Below, one piece after another: positions 57,120-64,000 of a stretch of DNA of 64,000 nt. The translations under genes were made by a program, and so were the position numbers. The notes below the pieces were generated by a model that was not told the origin of the DNA, ran no database searches, and saw only the letters and a list, made by a program, of their open reading frames with translations. The stretch lies in NCBI RefSeq assembly GCF_009914755.1, contig NC_060928.1; one strand, written 5' to 3'. How positions within the stretch are numbered: position 1 is the stretch's first letter; each line of letters starts with the position of its first letter. Source of the DNA: the human T2T-CHM13v2.0 reference genome, Homo sapiens.

Positions 57120-58115
57120 CTGTTTTTATTTCTCTTGACTCACTGAAGTGCTTTGCAGAACAGCTACTGGCCTAAACTGAAACCCCTGAGTCTTGAACAA
57201 ACTTAAATTTTATAGCCCCAATCCAGCAGGAACATCACTGGGGAAGTTGTCATTTAATATCCTGTTCTGATGCCCCTATTGCCACCAGCAGATCTGCCAC
57301 CAGATTGTTCAAGCCCCTGCCTAGGCCTCCCTGGCTTTACCTCTGCCCCTTGTACCATTCTGTGTGGTTGCAGGTATGGCAGTACTGAAGTATGCTGCTC
57401 ACACCTCATCTAGACCTAGGCAGAGCTTCGGCTCACCAGGCTGGCACAGAGCTGGCTTGCCAAAACTGTTTGAACTACATTACATTTTTTTTCTAATTGG
57501 CAAAGTTCAGAAAGTTTTGTAACTTGCTGTGTTAGCAAAGCACACGTGTTGCTGGTGGGGGCACAGAGCAGAACAACCTCAGTGGGTGGCAAGTGATGGT
57601 ATCTATTGAAGTTAAACACGCACACACCACTGCACCCGGCAAATTCCACAGGAGCAAGAGTTAGCACCTAGAGAGCATTTGCACACACTAGGTGCTGTTT
57701 CCAACACCATACAGATAGGAATTCATTTAGACCTCACAAAGACCCTCTGGAGTAGATACTATCATTATCCTTGGTGTATAAATGAGAATGGTGAAGCAAA
57801 GAGACATTAAATTATTTGTCCAAGATTATCCAGCCAGTAAGAACCCAGGTGTCTGGTTCAGGGGTGAGCTTGCTTAACTACTATACTATATTATATCCCT
57901 CTATGGTGCTATCCATTGAAGTATTATCTATAATAGAGAAATATTAAAACAATCTAAATGTCAATCATAAGGGAATGGTTAAATATAATATGGTTTTTCT
58001 GTACAATGGAGAACTAGGTGGTTGGTTTGTTTTTTAAAAAATGAAGCTAAAAGGGAAGTATACTGATATATTACAATCTCTAAGCTATAAAATTTAAGTT
58101 AAGAAAAGCAGAACT

Positions 58116-58395
58116 GGCCAGACGCAGTGATTCATGTCTGTAATCCCAGCACTTTGGGAGGTGGAGGTGGGTGGATGGTTTGAGCCCAGGAGTTTGAGAC
58201 CGGCCTGGACAGCATGATGAAGGCTCGTCTCTACAAAAAATTCAAAAATTAGCTGGGCATGGTCGTGGGCACCTGTAGTCCCAGCCACTCAGGAGTCTAG
58301 GCAGGAGGATTGCTTGAGCCCAGGAAATCGAGGATTGCAGTGAGCCAGGACTGCACTCCACCCTGGGTAGCAGAACAAGACCCAGTCTCAAGAAT
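58116..58395 (+). mobile_element. Alu (AluJ-like) followed by an AT-rich tract to ~58550
   Basis: Full diverged Alu. Confidence 0.88.
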
Positions 58396-59062
58396 AATAA
58401 TAATACTAGTAATTACTATTATTATATTATAGTATAAAATAATTATATATAAAATAATTCTATAATAAAATATAATATAAAATAAAATAATTATATATAA
58501 AATAATTATATATAAAATAATAATATAATTACTATTATTATTATTATTCATGAGAGTATCCTATCATTTATAGAAAAAACTCCATAATTATGCCTGTATA
58601 TACACTATACCTCTGAAAGGATACATAAGAAGAGAGAAAATAAAACACAACAAGTAGTTTTTCCTGGGATAGGGAACTCAGCAGGAAGAAGGAAGATGCT
58701 TTCCAATGTATACCTTTATATACCATTTGAGTTCTGTACCATATATGTGGATTGCTTATTTGAAAAGAGGCCCGCATTTGAAAGAACAAACAATATCTGC
58801 AAAATGCCTAATAGAAAACAGCACCAGATATTTAAGCTGTTACTAAATGTCCACATTGTTTTCCAGCTATTTGTTTATGCACACTTCTCCCTCTAGCATC
58901 CAGCTCAGAGGCTGGCACATGCCAGGTATTGCACACATGACTGCAGAATGAATGAATAACGTGCATATTGAGTTGAATCAAATGAAACTGATATTTGTCG
59001 AGGTTCTTGCTGCAACTCTATAGAGGAGGCATCTGCACTTCCCTCTAGAAACCGAACTCATT

Positions 59063-59524
59063 CACTATTCACAACAGCAAAGACATGAAATCAACCCAAA
59101 TGCCCATCAATGATAGACTGAATAAAGAAAATGTGGTACATATACACCACCATGGAATACTATGCAGCCATAAAAAGGAATGAGATATGTCCTTTGCAGG
59201 GACATGGATGAAGCTGGAAGCCATTATCCTCAGCAAACTAACACACGAACAGAAAACCAAACACCATATGTTCTCACTTATAAGTGGGAGCTGAGCAATG
59301 AGAACACATGGATGCAGGGAGGGGGAAAAACACTCACTGGGGCCTGTTGAGGGAGGGTGTTGGGTTGAGGAGAGCATTAGGGAAAAGATCTAATACATGC
59401 TGGGCTTAAGACCTAAGTGATGGGTTGATAGGTACAGCAAACCACCATGGCACATGTTTACCTTTGTAACAAACCTATTCATCCTGCACATGTACCCTGG
59501 AACTTAAAAAAAAAAAAAAAAAAA
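59063..59524 (+). mobile_element. Short 3' fragment of an L1PA element (older L1PA, about PA8-10)
   Basis: L1 3' end with A tail; 16-bp TSD agaaaccgaactcatt at 59047-59062 and 59525-59540. Confidence 0.93.
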
Positions 59525-59576
59525 AGAAACCGAACTCATTGAAAGACAACATTCTAGATTAAGAAGGCTGAGGAGG

Positions 59577-59969
<393 letters not shown>

Positions 59970-59971
59970 CT

Positions 59972-60160
59972 ACAGAGGTGGTTCTCAACTGGGGATAATT
60001 TTGTCCCCTGGAGACATTTTTGGTTGGAAAGGTACTACTGGCATCTCGTGGGTAAAGGCCAAGGATGCTGCTATACATCCTGCAGCACACAGCATAGCTC
60101 CACACACCCCGCCAAAACAAAGAATTATCCAACCCCAGAGTCAAGTGCTGAAGTTGAGCT
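59972..60160 (+). mobile_element. MER20-like hAT DNA transposon
   Basis: gtggttctcaactgggg...ggagacatttttggttg...tactggcatct...ggatgctgcta...aagaattatcc. Confidence 0.85.
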
Positions 60161-60967
60161 GTGGTGATAGCACCGGCTCATGGACATCGTGACCATGACT
60201 GGTAGACTCAGGTCATCAGCCCTGGAACATACCTAGAATTTCTATGTGTTTATTTCCCTAAAACACAGCCTGCTCTACAATCTTCCTGAACTGCATTTTT
60301 TTATTCAGTCTCCAGCTTACCACCTTATTTCAGATTTAATCTCATCAAGAAGGATACCAGCCAACTCCGGTCCATCTCCCTGCCACAGTCACTTTGAGGA
60401 GCTAAGAAATACTTGAGTATCTCAGGACAACCTTTCTGGGAAACCCCACAGGGCGCTGGTGAAAGGTGCAGCTGTCTCTGGGGCCAAAAGTTCTCTGGAA
60501 TGCTAGCTCATGAGACTGATTCTTGAGAAACTGAGGGAGAATGAAAATGTCTGCACATCCCTCAGGCAGAAATCTTCTGAAAGGAGAGGGACAGCCTCAG
60601 ATCAGGAAGGGGCAAGCCCTGTGGATGAGGGTGCCTCTGCTCCTTTAGGCTTGTCCTCCAGGCTTACATGGGGGCAACAGGGCTGCTCAAGGATTCTCCC
60701 TTAATCTGGGTGTCAGAGGAGGAAGGAGGAAATCCAGGGAGTCCTGGCTGCTCCCCTTAACCCAATGACAGCTGGAGTCTGTTTTATCTGGAAGGCATCC
60801 TGGGCATGTGCTGCTCTTATGGAGAGAGGAGGGGATCAGAGCCAGTAGTTCCATCCTGTTTTGGCTATTTACCTGCCTGTGACTGTGGGCAGGTCACCTG
60901 CCCTCACCTTCAGTTTTCTCTTCTATAACATGGGTGCCTTACAGGGTTGTTGGAAAATTCCAATGAA

Positions 60968-61260
60968 GCTGAGCATGCTGGCTCATGCCTGTAATCCCAG
61001 CCCTTTGGGAGGCCAAGAAAGGAGGATCACCTGAGGTCAGGAGTTCGAGACTAGCCTGGCTAACATGGTGAAACACTGTTTCTACAAAAAATAGAAAAAT
61101 TAGCTGGGCCTGGTGGCATGCACATGAGGTCCCAGCTACTCGGGAGGCTGAGGTGGGAGGATCACTTAAGGCCAGGAGGTTGAGGCTGCGTGAGCTGTGA
61201 CTGCACCACTGCACTGCAGCCTGGGCAACAGAGAAAGACCCTGTCTCAAAAACAAAAAAA
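60968..61260 (+). mobile_element. Alu (AluJ/S-like)
   Basis: Full Alu. Confidence 0.9.
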
Positions 61261-61774
61261 CTCCAGTGAAGTCAAAGATGAGAACAGTGCTCTACGACTG
61301 ACCAGTTCACATACAAATGTTAATTATTATTTAAATCCACAGTCACTAGATTTTGGCTCATTTTTGCCCTGGTGAATATGTGGTTGAGTGGGGGTTATCT
61401 CAGAGGAGTATGCCATGGGGGCTGTTGGCAGGACCGGGGCCTGAGCCCTGGAAGATGGGGGTCATGGGAGAGAAACTGCAGTTCCTGAGGACACTCGTGT
61501 ACACAGAAATGGGTAAACAAGAGACTGGTGAGACTGATGTGGTAAGATTCAGACTGACCCATGTAGTGTTTTCCCTCCTGGAGTTTGAAATGGCCTGAAA
61601 ATTGTAGGCAACAATCAAATAAGTGAAATTGAAGGCCGTGAGTTTTTTATGGCTCTCTTGCTGCTGAAACAGGAATTAAGAGGGTTATTCAAGCCAGGGT
61701 ACTCAAGCGCCCACTTCAGGGAGATTATTTATATTGCTGACATGGTACAACAAATGTTCACTGAGTGCCTATCT

Positions 61775-62237
61775 TGTGGGTTAGGCTGTGTCCCTAAGAA
61801 GATATGCTGAAGTCTTAAGCCCCTGTACCTATGAATGTGATCTTATTTGGAAATAGGATCTCTGCAGATGCAATTAGTTACGATGAGGTCATGCTGTAGT
61901 AGAGTGGGCCCTAAAGCCAGTGACTGGTGTCTTTATAAGAAGGCTGTGTGAAGGCACAAAGACTCAGAGACAAGGGGAAAGAGGCCGTGTGATGACAGAG
62001 GCAGAGATCGGAGTGACGTGTTTGCAAGGAAGACTTGGCCAAGGAACAAAAGGACTGCCCAGCAACCACCAGAGGCGAGGGGAGCCGCACAGACCAGGTT
62101 CTCACTCGCAGCCTCCAAAATAAGCCAACACCTTGATTTCAGACCTCTGGTCTCCAGAACCGTGAGAGAGTACATTTCCATGGCTGAAGCCACCAAGTAC
62201 ATGGTCATTCGTTATGGTGATCCTAGAGAACAATCCA
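61775..62237 (+). mobile_element. MaLR solo LTR (MLT1B/C-like)
   Basis: gaatgtgatcttatttggaaatagg...gactggtgtctttataagaa...caccttgatttcagac. Confidence 0.82.
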
Positions 62238-62702
62238 ACCCACCGTGAGCCAGACAGAGACAAACAGGAACCAGTTTCTACCCTCAAGCGGCGTCCCTGA
62301 AACGGCAGGTTCACGGACAAGGGCTGTTGTGAGAGTAAATGAGATCATGGCTGTGGAGGCAGACAGCCGGGGCAAGAGAGGGGCTTTTATGACTACTACT
62401 GGGGTTCGTGCTGGGCAGAATCAAAGGCCCTGCTCGAGTTGAGTGCGCCCTTTATCCTCCAGGCAGGCTGCTCTCAGAGAGAGAGCGGAGACTCATCTGA
62501 CAGGCCTTATTCTCTTTCAAACCATGCAGATAATTAGTCAGACTTCTATTTCCTTCGTGGTTTCTGTGAATGGATTTTGTGGTGATTTTTTTTTTTCCGG
62601 GCATTTTGGCAGTGTCGAGGAGAGATGTAAAAGAGCCCATTAACATCAGCATGTGTCACTGGGGACACTGAAAGGCTGAGACCGAGAAAAGAAATATCTT
62701 TA

Positions 62703-62837
<135 letters not shown>

Positions 62838-62956
62838 CTAAAACAGGAGATAAGAAACACCACACAATGAAACCAGGTTCTACCTCCTCGATACAGTCAT
62901 TCATCCGGGAATCAATTCTCCTGGGTCAGTCTGTTCTGGGGAGAGTGCCCCATTAG

Positions 62957-63299
<343 letters not shown>

Positions 63300-64000
63300 A
63301 GAAATGCCATTTCTAATGAGCTAGTTGCTTGGTCTTTCCAGAAGAAAATGTGCCCAGTAGGTTTATAGTATTCCACACTTTCCTTAAATTATTTACATAG
63401 ATATTTCTATACTCGATCTGTAGGGTGGCTTTAATACCATTCCTGGAAGGCCACTCAATTTCTTTTGAAAACAAAACAAAAAAGTTAATTGGTAAAGAAA
63501 ATGAACAACATTTAAGAATTATATAGGTAAAATGAGAAAAGAGTGGTTGGGGGTGCTCTAAAAGTGTAAGGCCTTAATTATGATGATGATTAACCAACTA
63601 ATTGTAATATTTGAATTAAACAGACAGATTTCCCCTAGACTTTGAGGAGAATGAGGCCAAAAAACATAAAGGAAACTTTGACTTTCCTCAAAATTTTCTA
63701 GAAACCTTAATACTAGTTAGGCACCATGCTAGGTACAAGGAGGGATGGGGAAGGGACAGAGTGAGAGCAAGATAGTAAAATCATAAAGCTTGGTCCCTGC
63801 CTTTAAGGAGCTGTCATTTTATGAGGGAGATAGATAAATGTTTATAACACCAATGACACTCAGTAGAGATATGTACAAAATAATAAGAGCACCTCCTTAA
63901 TGGTCCATTTGCCCTGTGCCACCCAGGAATCTAAGCCTTTTTTAAAAAAATTATTTTCTTTTTTAAAAAATTGAGATGGGATCTTGCTATGTTGCCCAGG

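Overview
Primate (almost certainly human) euchromatic DNA, not microbial. The minus strand carries the 3' part of FAM184B: 12 coding exons with GT-AG boundaries and consistent phases, from 62837 down to the stop codon at 6795. They encode about 564 aa of coiled-coil protein ending ...[10 protein letters not shown]. Exon numbers 7-18 assume the 18-exon, 1060-aa model I recall and are not derivable from the window. The rest is intronic or 3'-flanking DNA dense in repeats: about 40 Alus, several L1s, a near-full-length Tigger1, Tigger3-like and MER20 DNA transposons, MaLR LTRs, an ERVL pol relic, MIRs, microsatellites and a 30-bp VNTR. I see no CRISPR array, tRNA, rRNA or new protein-coding system. 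The most interesting signals are a possible antisense overlap with a + strand 3'UTR (MED28, from memory), a Tigger1 with two right ends, an orphan TSD-flanked insertion inside an L1PB, a twin-primed L1 with a large deletion, template-switch micro-inversions, a MIR-derived VNTR next to a splice donor, and two probable non-reference coding alleles. Repeat subfamily names and boundaries are by eye and approximate.
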